This document shows positions 19,100 to 28,525 of a stretch of 36,954 nt of DNA, one piece after another (position 1 is the stretch's first letter; each line of letters opens with the position of its first letter). The notes under the pieces were generated by a model that searched no databases, was not told where the DNA came from, and saw only the letters and a program-made list of their open reading frames with translations. The stretch covers positions 1 to 36,954 of the forward strand of contig CBEVQY010000029.1 in NCBI GenBank assembly GCA_965552135.1, read 5' to 3'. The DNA comes from an uncultured bacterium. GTDB taxonomy: Bacteria > UBP14 > UBA6098 > B30-G16. A program made the translations under genes and the position numbers.

Positions 19100-19830
19100 T
19101 CGACAAAGCCGCGGAGATAATAGCCTCGTCCAGCTCGCTTTTGGTCCTCACCGGCGCCGGCATATCTGCCGAAAGCGGCGTTCCAACCTTCCGCGGTAAG
19201 GGAGGGCTCTGGAAGAGCTTCAGCGTCGAGGACCTTGCCACGCCGGAGGGTTTTGCCAGAAACCCGAAGGTCGTTTGGGAGTGGTATTCCTGGCGTCGGG
19301 GTTTGGTGAGGTCTGTTGAGCCCAACCCGGGGCACTTCGCCGTCGCCGAGCTCGAGAACCTCTTCGACGATTTCCTCCTGGCAACCCAGAACGTCGACAG
19401 ACTCCACCACCGCGCGGGAAGCAGGAAGGTCGTCGAGCTTCACGGGAACATCTTCGGCGAGAGGTGCACCCGCTGCGACTTCCGTCGCGAAAGCTACGAC
19501 TCCTACGACGAACCTCCAACGTGCCCCAGCTGCGGCGCCCTCCTCAGACCCGATGTCGTCTGGTTCGGCGAGCCGCTGCCCGAGGATGCACTCCACGCTG
19601 CCATAAGCTTTGCGCAAAAAGCCGAATGCGCCCTTGTTGTGGGAACATCAGCCGTCGTCTATCCAGCCGCGGAGCTGCCCTATATCGTCAAAAACGGCGG
19701 CGGGAGGGTTGTTGAGGTCAACCTCGAGCCGACGCCTGTGACGAGGATAGCAGACGTCTCCGTCTTCGGCAAAAGCGGCACGACGATGCCGCAGATCGTC
19801 GAGGGCGTTAAAAGGATCCTGGGGAAGTGA
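19096..19830 (+). CDS. cobB: NAD-dependent protein deacylase (class III sirtuin)
   Basis: GAGISAESGVPTFRG, WEWYSWRR, TQNVD, HG, two CxxC, LRPDVVWFGE and GTSAVVYPAA motifs. Confidence 0.95.
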   Translation: MIDKAAEIIASSSSLLVLTGAGISAESGVPTFRGKGGLWKSFSVEDLATPEGFARNPKVVWEWYSWRRGLVRSVEPNPGHFAVAELENLFDDFLLATQNVDRLHHRAGSRKVVELHGNIFGERCTRCDFRRESYDSYDEPPTCPSCGALLRPDVVWFGEPLPEDALHAAISFAQKAECALVVGTSAVVYPAAELPYIVKNGGGRVVEVNLEPTPVTRIADVSVFGKSGTTMPQIVEGVKRILGK

Positions 19831-20924
19831 GGTCGTTTGTTTTCGCATTTTTGCTTTTTCCCGCCCTCGCGTCCTTTGGGGATGAGGTTAGCGCTCTGCG
19901 GCGCGAGATAGCCGCGGTGCGTCGCAGCATCGACAGCCTCGCGGCGCTGGAGGGTGATCTTGTCGCCAAGTTAGACGCCCTCGAGCGCGAGGTCTGGTTG
20001 CGGGGCGAGCTTTTGGATTTGCTCGCCGCCCGCGAGGATTCGCTGCAGCGGGCGGTGGAGGCAATGACCGACTCCGCCGCACTCAAACGCAAAAAGTGGA
20101 TGTTCCACAAGCGCAAGCTTGAGGCTGTGCTCCGCAAGCTGTACGTCTTCGGTCGCACAAGCGAGGTCGAGCTCCTTTTCTCCACCGACGACCCCGGCGC
20201 ACTTGCTGAGGGAATCGCTTATCTTTCCGCTGTGACCAAGGCGAGGCAGCGTGTGATATCCGACGCGAGACGGGCGCTTTTGGAGTATCGGCGGGCTGCA
20301 AAGGCGCTTTTGCGCGCAAAGGATTCGCTCAGGGCTTTGAGGCAAGCCAAGGTGGCCGAGCGCGATTCCCTCGCCCGGGTCGCATCCGAGCACAGGCGAA
20401 GTCTTGCCGAGGCGCGGCGGAGCAAAGAGGGCTTCGAAAGACTTCTTGCGGGGCTTGAGGCATCGCTTTCGCGGCTTGAGTCGATGCTGCCAAGCCGACG
20501 CGTTGGTCGCGGCTTCGTCCGACTCAGGGGTCGGCTTCCCTGCCCGCTTGGGCGGCGAGGTTGCAGCGTGGCAAGACCATTCGGCGTCGCAAGGGACGGG
20601 CGCTACGGAACGTATTTCAAAAACCCCGGCGTCGATTTCCGCGCCCAGCCGGGCGACTCGGTCTTCGCCGTGGCGGACGGAAAGGTGGCAAGCGTCGTGT
20701 GGCTGCCGGGGTTCAAAAGGGTTGTGATAATCGAGCACGGCGGGTACTACACGGTTTACGGCAACCTCGGCACCGCGTTCGTTTCGGCTGGAGAACAGGT
20801 TTCTGCGGGAGATGCGATCGGGCGCGTCGCCTCATCAAGCTGGCTTGGTGGCTCGCCAGCGCTCCACTTCGAGATAAGGCGCGGCAAGTTCGGCGAAGAC
20901 CCCATGGCGTGGTTGGAACGATGA
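19827..20924 (+). CDS. envC: EnvC-like murein hydrolase activator (coiled coil + degenerate M23)
   Basis: Signal peptide, long coiled coil, and LytM domain lacking Zn ligands (NPGVD, YGNL, LHFEIR). Confidence 0.8.
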   Translation: MRSFVFAFLLFPALASFGDEVSALRREIAAVRRSIDSLAALEGDLVAKLDALEREVWLRGELLDLLAAREDSLQRAVEAMTDSAALKRKKWMFHKRKLEAVLRKLYVFGRTSEVELLFSTDDPGALAEGIAYLSAVTKARQRVISDARRALLEYRRAAKALLRAKDSLRALRQAKVAERDSLARVASEHRRSLAEARRSKEGFERLLAGLEASLSRLESMLPSRRVGRGFVRLRGRLPCPLGRRGCSVARPFGVARDGRYGTYFKNPGVDFRAQPGDSVFAVADGKVASVVWLPGFKRVVIIEHGGYYTVYGNLGTAFVSAGEQVSAGDAIGRVASSSWLGGSPALHFEIRRGKFGEDPMAWLER

Positions 20925-20977
20925 ATACAAAATTTACCGCGGCAAACTCTGCGACGGACGAAACCGACAAAAATCGG

Positions 20978-21005
20978 TTGACGCAGCAAGGTATCTCTAT
21001 ATGTT
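20978..21005 (+). promoter_or_regulatory. Putative sigma70 promoter of gdh
   Basis: TTGACG-N16-TATGTT. Confidence 0.5.
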
Positions 21006-21038
21006 TAAAAGCTTAGCCAACTCAGATAAGGGGGGGTC

Positions 21039-22289
21039 ATGGCAGAAGAGCTTAATCCTTTCAAGATCGCGCAGGCGCAGCTTGACAAAGCTGCGAAGCT
21101 GCTTAATCTCGACGAGGCGACCCACGAGCTTCTACGGTGGCCTCGTCGCGAGTTTAGGTTCACCATCCCCGTGAGGATGGACGATGGCACGGTGAAGGTC
21201 TTCCACGGTTACCGCGTTCAGTACAACGATGCCCGGGGTCCATACAAGGGCGGCGTTCGCTGGCACCCCGACGAGACCATCGATACCGTTCGGGCGCTTG
21301 CCGCCTGGATGACGTGGAAGACCGCAGTCGTCGATGTGCCACTTGGCGGCAGCAAGGGGGGCGTTACGTGCGATCCGGAGAAGCTGAGCCCGGCTGAGAA
21401 GGAGCGCCTCGCCCGCGGGTGGGTCCGACAGATATACTACCGCCTCGGTCAGTACGTAGACGTCCCCGCTCCCGATGTCTTTACCGATTCGCAGATCATG
21501 GCGTGGATGATGGACGAGTACGAGGTTCTCACCAATCGCCACCATCCTGCGGTCGTCACGGGCAAGCCGCTGGAGCTTGGCGGTTCCCTTGGCAGGAGGG
21601 ATGCCACCGCCCGCGGAGGCGTCTACGTCGTCAGGGAGGCGTGCAGGAAGCTTGGTATCGACCCCGCGGCGGGAACATACGCCATCCAGGGCTTCGGAAA
21701 GGTTGGGCGAGCCACCGCCTTGTTGCACAAAGAGATCCTCGGCGGTAAGCTTGTTGCCGTGTCCGATATCTACGGCGGCGTTTACAACGGCAACGGGCTC
21801 GACCCCGAGGCGCTCCTAAAGCACGCGATGGAAAGCGGCACCGTCGCCGACTTCCCCGACGGAGATAAAATCGCTAACAACGAGCCGCTCGAGCTTGAGG
21901 TCGATATCCTATACCCCGCCGCTATCGAGAACGTTATAACCGAGCAGAACGCCGATAAGATAAAGTGCAAGATTTGCTGCGAGCTCGCTAATGGTCCCAC
22001 AACGCCCAACGCCGATGAGATCCTCTTCCAGAAAGGCATCCACGTCATCCCCGATATCCTTGCCAACGCAGGTGGAGTCACCGTCTCGTACTTCGAGCAG
22101 GTGCAGGGCATCTATCAGTACTGGTGGCCTCTGGAGAAGGTTCATGAGGAGCTCGACAAAAAGATGACGACCGCATACCACACCGTCTACGAGAAGCACA
22201 AGGAGAGGAACGTCGACATGCGCACGGCTGCGTATCTTGTTGCGGTGAAGCGCGTTGTGGACGCTATGAAGCTGCGCGGCTGGGTCTGA
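21039..22289 (+). CDS. gdhA: Glutamate dehydrogenase (Glu/Leu/Phe/Val dehydrogenase family)
   Basis: [32 protein letters not shown] and [12 protein letters not shown] motifs. Confidence 0.93.
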   Translation: MAEELNPFKIAQAQLDKAAKLLNLDEATHELLRWPRREFRFTIPVRMDDGTVKVFHGYRVQYNDARGPYKGGVRWHPDETIDTVRALAAWMTWKTAVVDVPLGGSKGGVTCDPEKLSPAEKERLARGWVRQIYYRLGQYVDVPAPDVFTDSQIMAWMMDEYEVLTNRHHPAVVTGKPLELGGSLGRRDATARGGVYVVREACRKLGIDPAAGTYAIQGFGKVGRATALLHKEILGGKLVAVSDIYGGVYNGNGLDPEALLKHAMESGTVADFPDGDKIANNEPLELEVDILYPAAIENVITEQNADKIKCKICCELANGPTTPNADEILFQKGIHVIPDILANAGGVTVSYFEQVQGIYQYWWPLEKVHEELDKKMTTAYHTVYEKHKERNVDMRTAAYLVAVKRVVDAMKLRGWV

Positions 22290-22312
22290 TGCAGCCTTTG
22301 TCCTGTGCATTG

Positions 22313-22343
22313 AAAGCCCCCGCACAAAAGCGGGGGCTTTTTT
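22313..22343 (+). terminator. Rho-independent terminator after gdh (possibly bidirectional)
   Basis: AAAGCCCCCGC-acaaaa-GCGGGGGCTTT followed by TTT. Confidence 0.92.
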
Positions 22344-22556
22344 ATGGAGCAAGTCTTCCCGTGCCCGAAAGATGTGCCGTCCACTGATGGCTGGAGCACC
22401 TGCTCCGTCAGTACACACAAGGAGTTGGAGTCTCGCGCTCCATCGGCGCCCGGGCGGAGGGCTGGAGCCCCCTGTTCCATCGACGTCCACAAAGGGCTGG
22501 AACCCCGTGCTCCATCGGCGTCCACAGGGGCTGGAGCTTTGTGCTCCATCGACGTC
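22344..22556. repeat. Degenerate ~35-bp tandem palindromic (REP-like) repeat cluster, 5 direct copies plus 1 partial inverted copy
   Basis: GYTGGAR cores at 22390, 22424, 22461, 22496 and 22530, each followed by a (T)GCTCCATCG-like segment; inverted ATGGAGCA at 22344. Confidence 0.85.
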
Positions 22557-22582
22557 CCAGCTGGTCAGGTTGCAGGACGGGG

Positions 22583-22957
22583 CTATCCCAAAAGCGCCCT
22601 TATTTCCCGCAGCTCCTGGGCGATCTCCCTGAGGAGGGATGTCAGCGCTTCAGGGGAGAGTTCGCCGCCGAGGCTTTTGCTCTTGCGCATGCGGCGGATC
22701 TTCTGCTTCGCGCCCTCTATGGTATAACCCTCTTCGTAGAGGAGGCGCTTTATGAGCAGGACCATCTCTATGTCCTTCTTGCGGTAGGCTCTGTTCCCTG
22801 CCCTGTTACGTTTGGGTCGCAGGAAGGGGAACTCAGTCTCCCAGTACCGCAGGATGTGGGGTTTAAGCCCCGTCATCTCGCTGACCTCGGTTATGGTGTA
22901 GTAGAGCTTTTCGCGGGGCTTTTTAGCCGCAGGCTTTTTCAGCGTCGCCGTTGCCAT
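22583..22957 (-). CDS. MerR-family HTH transcriptional regulator
   Basis: YYTITEVSEMTGLKPHILRYWETEFP..GNRAY, and GYTIEGA. Confidence 0.92.
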   Translation of the reverse strand: MATATLKKPAAKKPREKLYYTITEVSEMTGLKPHILRYWETEFPFLRPKRNRAGNRAYRKKDIEMVLLIKRLLYEEGYTIEGAKQKIRRMRKSKSLGGELSPEALTSLLREIAQELREIRALLG

Positions 22958-23570
22958 ATAAGCGCCTTCCGAATATTGGTTCCTCTTTGCCCTTTACCAG
23001 TCTTGCCAGGTTTTCCCTGTGCGTGAACGTTATGAAGGCGGCTAAAAACGCCGCCATGATCTCGGTTGTTGTGGGGTATTTGATCCAGAAGGTGAACCCT
23101 GCGAACGTCCACACGGCGGTGATGGATGCTGCCGACACTCTTTTCGCCGCGGCGAGTGTTGTGGCGAACGATGCGAGCGCCAGAAGCGCCGGCACGGTCG
23201 CCAGAGCGACCGCCGCGCCGAAAGCCGTGCTCACGCCCTTGCCGCCCCTAAAGCCTATCCAGACGGGGAAGCAATGCCCTATGACCGCCGCCGTTGCCGC
23301 TATTTGTGCTCCGAAGGCGACGTCGCCGAGGAGGGTCTTCCCCAGGGCGAACGCTGCAACGCCCTTGAGCATGTCCGCAACAGATACCGCCGCGCCCGCA
23401 CCCTTCCCCAGAACGCGCGAAACGTTCGTTGCACCCATAGCGCCGCTGCCCACGCTCCTTACGTCCATACCCCTGGCAACCTTAACGACTATGTACCCGA
23501 TCGGAATCGAACCCACAAGATACCCTCCTGCCGCCGCGCCGGCTATGTCCAACGCACCGCACATGATCAC
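22923..23570 (-). CDS. plsY: Glycerol-3-phosphate 1-O-acyltransferase
   Basis: YLVGSIP, GSGAMGATNVSR, DMLKG, GHCFP..FRGGKGVST and HRENL motifs; GTGA overlap with der. Confidence 0.95.
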   Translation of the reverse strand: MIMCGALDIAGAAAGGYLVGSIPIGYIVVKVARGMDVRSVGSGAMGATNVSRVLGKGAGAAVSVADMLKGVAAFALGKTLLGDVAFGAQIAATAAVIGHCFPVWIGFRGGKGVSTAFGAAVALATVPALLALASFATTLAAAKRVSAASITAVWTFAGFTFWIKYPTTTEIMAAFLAAFITFTHRENLARLVKGKEEPIFGRRLYGNGDAEKACG

Positions 23571-24886
23571 CTGCGCTTATCCCTGAAGACGAGTTTGAAC
23601 GGAACCCCCTCGAACGAAAACCTTTTCCTCATTTGGTTCGCGATGTACCTCCTGTAAGCGGGCGATATTGCGTTTGGCATTTTGGCGAAGAATACGAACT
23701 CGGGCGGAGCTACGTCTGCCTGAACGGCGTACAGGATCTTCGGTCTTCTGCCGCGGTAAACCGGCGGCGGATGCTGTGTCTGCAGGTGCTGGACGAACTC
23801 GTTTAGCTTGGATGTCTGCACCCTCTTGCGCAGCGTCTCGCCAACGCGGTGGATGATCTCCATCGCCTTGCGCACCCTTTGACCGGTAAGCGCAGAGGTG
23901 AAGACGATGGGCACGAAGTGCAGAAACGGCGCCTCGAAGCGGATCATCTCCTCGTACTCTTTTGTGCTCTTTGATGTTTTGCCCGGCACGAGGTCCCATT
24001 TGTTCACCGCGATGACGAGTCCGCGGTACCTGTCGAGGACGAGTGCAGCAAGGCGCTTGTCCTGGTTGGTGAAGCCGACGGTCGCGTCGGTCACAAGCAG
24101 AGCAACGTCGCACTCCTCTATCGCCTGAAGCGTCCTGAGGGCGCTGAAGTACTCGATGTCCTTCTGCTTTTTCAGCACGCCCGCCGTGTCGACAATTTCG
24201 TAAAGCTTCCCGAAGTAGCGGAAGCGTGCGTTGACGGTGTCTCTCGTCGTTCCCGGCTCGGGGTGGACGAGCGAAACCTCATGCCCCAAAAGCCTGTTGA
24301 CGAAGGACGATTTCCCCACGTTTGGTCGCCCGATGACGGCGACGCGAACAACCTCCTCGTCGTCCTCGGGTGCACGCACCGCCGGCAGAAGCCCACAGAC
24401 CGCGTCGAGAAGCTCGCCCGTCCCGTGCCCGTATTTCGCCGATATGCGCAGCACGTCGCCAAGACCAAAGCCCTCCGCCTCAGCACCTGACCAGGAGTCT
24501 TGCCTGTCGTCGACCTTGTTCACCGCAACGACGACGGGCTTGTTCGACTTGCGAAGAACGTCCGCCACGGCGAAGTCGTCGGGGTGAATCTCGGGCTCCA
24601 CCAAAAACAATACCACATCCGCCTCGTCGACGGCGTCCCTGACCAAACGCACTACCCCCAGCTCAAGCTCGGTTCTGGGGTTGACGAGAAAACCTCCTGT
24701 ATCCACCAAAAGGAACTCCTTTCCGTTCCACTCCACGGTTGCGTAGTGTTTGTCGCGCGTAACGCCCGGGGTGTCGTGCACGATCGCTATCCGCCTGCGC
24801 ACAAGGCGGTTGAAGAGAGACGACTTGCCAACGTTCGGTCGACCCACAATTGCAACAACTGGTAACTTTTTGTGCCTCAACCCCAT
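23567..24886 (-). CDS. der: Ribosome biogenesis GTPase Der/EngA
   Basis: Two GRPNVGKSS G-domains (DTGG/DTAG, NKVD/NKWD) plus a KH-like C-terminus. Confidence 0.97.
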   Translation of the reverse strand: MGLRHKKLPVVAIVGRPNVGKSSLFNRLVRRRIAIVHDTPGVTRDKHYATVEWNGKEFLLVDTGGFLVNPRTELELGVVRLVRDAVDEADVVLFLVEPEIHPDDFAVADVLRKSNKPVVVAVNKVDDRQDSWSGAEAEGFGLGDVLRISAKYGHGTGELLDAVCGLLPAVRAPEDDEEVVRVAVIGRPNVGKSSFVNRLLGHEVSLVHPEPGTTRDTVNARFRYFGKLYEIVDTAGVLKKQKDIEYFSALRTLQAIEECDVALLVTDATVGFTNQDKRLAALVLDRYRGLVIAVNKWDLVPGKTSKSTKEYEEMIRFEAPFLHFVPIVFTSALTGQRVRKAMEIIHRVGETLRKRVQTSKLNEFVQHLQTQHPPPVYRGRRPKILYAVQADVAPPEFVFFAKMPNAISPAYRRYIANQMRKRFSFEGVPFKLVFRDKRR

Positions 24887-24940
24887 ATAGCACAGATTCT
24901 TCCCCTCAAAGTTAAGCCAGCTTCATAACAGCAAATTTAA

Positions 24941-24968
24941 ATTATACACAGCACAACTCGAATGTCAA
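24941..24968 (-). promoter_or_regulatory. Consensus sigma70 promoter of the der operon
   Basis: Minus strand TTGACA-N16-TATAAT with TGTG extended -10. Confidence 0.75.
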
Positions 24969-25058
24969 GAACAAATTTACAAAAACTTTTAGACAACTTT
25001 TGTAATCGCTTGCTTTGCATAATGTTGTGTGCGAATGGATTTGCATCTGTAAAGTCTG

Positions 25059-25087
25059 TTGACTTGGGCTTTGTTGTGGGCTATCTT
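25059..25087 (+). promoter_or_regulatory. Putative sigma70 promoter of dnaE (leaderless geometry)
   Basis: TTGACT-N17-TATCTT ending 7 nt before ATG 25095. Confidence 0.65.
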
Positions 25088-25094
25088 TGGAGTG

Positions 25095-28000
25095 ATGGCG
25101 GGCGGATTCGTACATCTGCACAACCATACCATCTACAGCCTGCTGGATGGGGCATGTCGCCTCAAGGAGCTTGCGAGGCGAGCATTGGAGCTTGGCATGC
25201 CAGCTGTGGCGATGACCGACCACGGCAATATGTTCGGCGCCGTGGAGTTCTTCGAGGCGGCGAAGGACGTTGGTGTTCACCCCATAATCGGGCAGGAGTT
25301 CTACCTCGCCAAGGGATCCCGCACCGAACGGGCTGATCCCGAGCCGGGGGTGCAGGGAGGGTATCATTTGACGCTCATCGCCGCGAACAACACGGGCTAC
25401 CGCAACCTGATAAAGCTTTCCTCTATCGCATACCTCGAGGGCTTTTACTACAAGCCTCGTATAGACAAGGAGGTTTTGGAGAAGTATTCTGAGGGTCTTT
25501 TTGTGCTTTCCGGCTGTTTGCGCGGCGAGATACCGAGGCTTCTTGCCCGGGACAGGTGGGACGAGGCGAAGGAGGTTGTGAGGTGGTTTCTCGAGCGGTT
25601 CGGGACCAACAGGTTCTTCATCGAGCTGCAGGACCACGGGATACCCGAGGAGCGCGAGGTTGGTCGCAAGCTCGTAACCCTGGCGAGGGAGATGGGCGTG
25701 AGGCTCGTCGCCACAAACGATGTCCACTACATCTACCCCGAGGACGCCGATTTCCACGACAAGATGCTCTGCATCCAAACCGACAAGACCGTCGACGACC
25801 CCGGCAGGATGCGTTTTTTGACTGATCAGTTTTACCTCAAGTCGCCCGCGGAGATGGCGGAGCTTTTCGCCGACGTCCCCGATGCGGTTGAAAACACCCT
25901 CTGGATAGCCGAACGCACCGACGTCGAGATCGAGACGAAGAAGCTGCAGCTGCCGCACTTCCCCGTGCCCGAGGGGTTCAGCTCCGTCGACGAGTACCTT
26001 GCCCACAGGGCACGGGAGGGGCTGCGCCGAAGGTACGATAGAGTCACCAAAAAGCTTGAAGAGCGCCTCGAGCACGAGCTTGAGATCATACGCAACGTTG
26101 GCTTTTCGAGTTATTTTGCCATTGTTGCCGATTTCACCGACACGGCGCGCAAGCTGGGCGTTTGGGTCGGTCCGGGGCGCGGGTCCGGCGCGGGAAGCCT
26201 GGTCGCATATTGCCTTGGGATAACCAACATTGATCCCATGAAATACGAGCTCCTTTTCGAGCGGTTTCTCAACCCCGAAAGGCGCTCGATGCCCGACTTC
26301 GACATCGACTTCGACGACATAAATCGCGGCAAGGTTATGGAGTACGCCAAGAAGCGCTACGGCGAGGACGCGGTGTGCCAGATCATAACGTTTACAACCC
26401 TCCACGCTCGAAGCGCGATCAAGGACGTCGGGCGGATATTTAACCTTCCCTTCAAGGACGTCAACGCCTTGACAAGCCTTATCCCCACCGATCAGAACTC
26501 CGTCGACGAGGCTTTGGCTGAATCTCCCCAGCTTGCGCAGCTCTACAAGGAGGACGAGACGGTACGGAGGGTTCTCGACTACGCCCGCAAGCTCGAGGGT
26601 ATTCCGCGCAACGCCAGCGTCCACGCCGCGGGTGTGGTCATCACACCAGGACCGCTTACCGACTACGTCCCCCTCTTCAAAACGCCCAAAAAGGAGGTTA
26701 CAACCCAGTTCGACAAGGACTCCCTCGAGAAGATAGGGCTTCTTAAAATGGATTTTTTAGGGCTTACCACGCTCTCGATCCTCAGGGAGACCATACGGCT
26801 TGTCAAGGAGACGCGCGGCGAGGAGGTGGATTTAGATAAGATCCCCGAGGACGACGCTGAGGTCTTCAGGCTTTTCGCAAAGGGCGACACGACGGGCATA
26901 TTCCAGTTCGAAAGCGACGGCATGCGCCGCTATCTGCGCCAGCTCAAACCCGACTCGATCGAGGACCTCATAGCGATGAACGCCCTCTACCGCCCGGGTC
27001 CGATGAAGTACATCGAAAGCTACATCGCCCGCAAGCACGGCAGGGAGAAGGTGGAGTACCCCCATCCCGCGGTGGAGGACGTCCTTAAAGGCACCTACGG
27101 CATCGCCATCTACCAGGAGCAGGTGATGCTTTTGGCGCAGCGGCTTGCGGGGTACAGCCTTGGCGAAGCCGACATCCTCAGGCGGGCGATAAGCAAGAAA
27201 AAAGCCAACGAGATGGCGCAGCAGAGGTCGGTATTCGTCGAGCGCGCGGTGAAAAACGGGCTTTCCGAAAGACTTGCGAACGAGGTGTTCGACATAATCG
27301 AGGAGTTCGCCGGCTACGGCTTCAACAAATCCCACAGCGCAGCCTACGCCGTTTTGGCGTACAAGACGGGTTACTTCAAGTGCCACTACCCGAGGGAGTT
27401 CCTCGCTGCGAACCTCACCTTCGCAAAGGACGCCGACGAGATAGAGAAGTTCCTCGAGGAGTGCAGGAGCAAGGGGATCCCTGTTCTTCCGCCGGATGTG
27501 AACCGCAGTGCGGAGTACTTCACCGTTGAGGGCGACGGGATAAGGTACGGCTTGGGCAAGATCAAAAACGTTGGCCGCAGCACGGTTGCCGCCATAGTCG
27601 AGGCTCGAGAGCGTTTGGGCGGCAGATTCGAGGACGTGTATCAGTTCGTAAGCGAAGTTCCCGCGCAGGCTTTGAACAAAAAGGCTTTTCTCTCTCTTGT
27701 TGCCGCCGGAGCGCTTGATGTCTTCGGCGTTGAGCGCAGCGTTCTTTACGCCTCCTGCGAGCTTTTGCTCCAGTGGAGGCAGCAGCAGCAAAAGGCTCGC
27801 GCAAGCCTTATGCAGTCGCTTTTCGCCGAAAGCGGCGTGGACTACAGCCGCCCCAAGCTCATCGACGTTCCCCCGTGGAGCCCACTGGAGAAGCTGAACT
27901 ACGAGCGCGAGGTTTTGGGAGTCTACCTTTCCGGGCATCCGCTCGAGCACTTCTCCGATGAGCTTTCGGCGTTCACAAGCGGCTCCATCGCCGACGTCTG

Positions 28001-28514
28001 CGGAAGGCGCCGGAGCGGGAAGGTTAGACTCGCCGGGCTTTTGATTTCGTTCTCGCTTTCGTCGCGCTCAAGGGGCGGAGGTGAGAGGAAGGTCGGCGTC
28101 GGCGTCCTTCAGGACACATCGGCGCAGATCAAAGCGATATTCGGGGCTAATGTGCTTGAGAGGGATCAGTTCTTCCTGCACACGGGCGCCCTCTTGTGGC
28201 TGGAGGGGGAACTCAGAAACGACGAGGGCGGCGCCGTCGTGTTCGTGGAGAAGGTGATCCCCTTAGAGCAAGTGAGGAAAAGGCTTTGCCGCGCGCTGCA
28301 CATAAGGTTCCCTGTTGATGCCGAAAGGGCTCTTCTGGAGAGGGTTCGCAGCGCCATCCAGAACCACAAGGGCGACGTGCCGCTTCACCTGCACATCGTC
28401 ACCCCGGAGAAAACGTATAAGGCTGTTTCCTTCGAGCTTTCGTGTGAGCCTTCGCAGAAGCTCACCGAAGAGCTTAAGGGCTACCTCGGAGACGACAACG
28501 TTTGGCTCGCTTAG
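25095..28514 (+). CDS. dnaE: DNA polymerase III alpha subunit
   Basis: FVHLHNHT..SLLDG PHP domain, GPGRGSGAGS, PDFDIDF, KMDFLGL and YGFNKSHS motifs; no intein. Confidence 0.98.
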   Translation: MAGGFVHLHNHTIYSLLDGACRLKELARRALELGMPAVAMTDHGNMFGAVEFFEAAKDVGVHPIIGQEFYLAKGSRTERADPEPGVQGGYHLTLIAANNTGYRNLIKLSSIAYLEGFYYKPRIDKEVLEKYSEGLFVLSGCLRGEIPRLLARDRWDEAKEVVRWFLERFGTNRFFIELQDHGIPEEREVGRKLVTLAREMGVRLVATNDVHYIYPEDADFHDKMLCIQTDKTVDDPGRMRFLTDQFYLKSPAEMAELFADVPDAVENTLWIAERTDVEIETKKLQLPHFPVPEGFSSVDEYLAHRAREGLRRRYDRVTKKLEERLEHELEIIRNVGFSSYFAIVADFTDTARKLGVWVGPGRGSGAGSLVAYCLGITNIDPMKYELLFERFLNPERRSMPDFDIDFDDINRGKVMEYAKKRYGEDAVCQIITFTTLHARSAIKDVGRIFNLPFKDVNALTSLIPTDQNSVDEALAESPQLAQLYKEDETVRRVLDYARKLEGIPRNASVHAAGVVITPGPLTDYVPLFKTPKKEVTTQFDKDSLEKIGLLKMDFLGLTTLSILRETIRLVKETRGEEVDLDKIPEDDAEVFRLFAKGDTTGIFQFESDGMRRYLRQLKPDSIEDLIAMNALYRPGPMKYIESYIARKHGREKVEYPHPAVEDVLKGTYGIAIYQEQVMLLAQRLAGYSLGEADILRRAISKKKANEMAQQRSVFVERAVKNGLSERLANEVFDIIEEFAGYGFNKSHSAAYAVLAYKTGYFKCHYPREFLAANLTFAKDADEIEKFLEECRSKGIPVLPPDVNRSAEYFTVEGDGIRYGLGKIKNVGRSTVAAIVEARERLGGRFEDVYQFVSEVPAQALNKKAFLSLVAAGALDVFGVERSVLYASCELLLQWRQQQQKARASLMQSLFAESGVDYSRPKLIDVPPWSPLEKLNYEREVLGVYLSGHPLEHFSDELSAFTSGSIADVCGRRRSGKVRLAGLLISFSLSSRSRGGGERKVGVGVLQDTSAQIKAIFGANVLERDQFFLHTGALLWLEGELRNDEGGAVVFVEKVIPLEQVRKRLCRALHIRFPVDAERALLERVRSAIQNHKGDVPLHLHIVTPEKTYKAVSFELSCEPSQKLTEELKGYLGDDNVWLA

Positions 28515-28525
28515 GGAGGGCGAAG

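Noticed and set aside
19096..19830. Sir2-type anti-phage effector next to a STAND-like protein
   Set aside because: It is a canonical zinc-binding class III CobB deacylase, and its neighbour is a sigma54 activator with a degenerate NTPase.
22344..22556. CRISPR array or TIGR-type guide array
   Set aside because: Units are degenerate throughout, the inter-core segments resemble each other and are short, and no cas or Nop-domain gene is in the window.
24942..24950. DnaA box TTATACACA
   Set aside because: It coincides with the TGTG-TATAAT extended -10 of the der promoter and is isolated.
25012..25039. dif-like site (TTTGCATAA-TGTTGT...)
   Set aside because: Only the XerC-like arm resembles dif; the XerD arm TTATGTTAAAT is absent.
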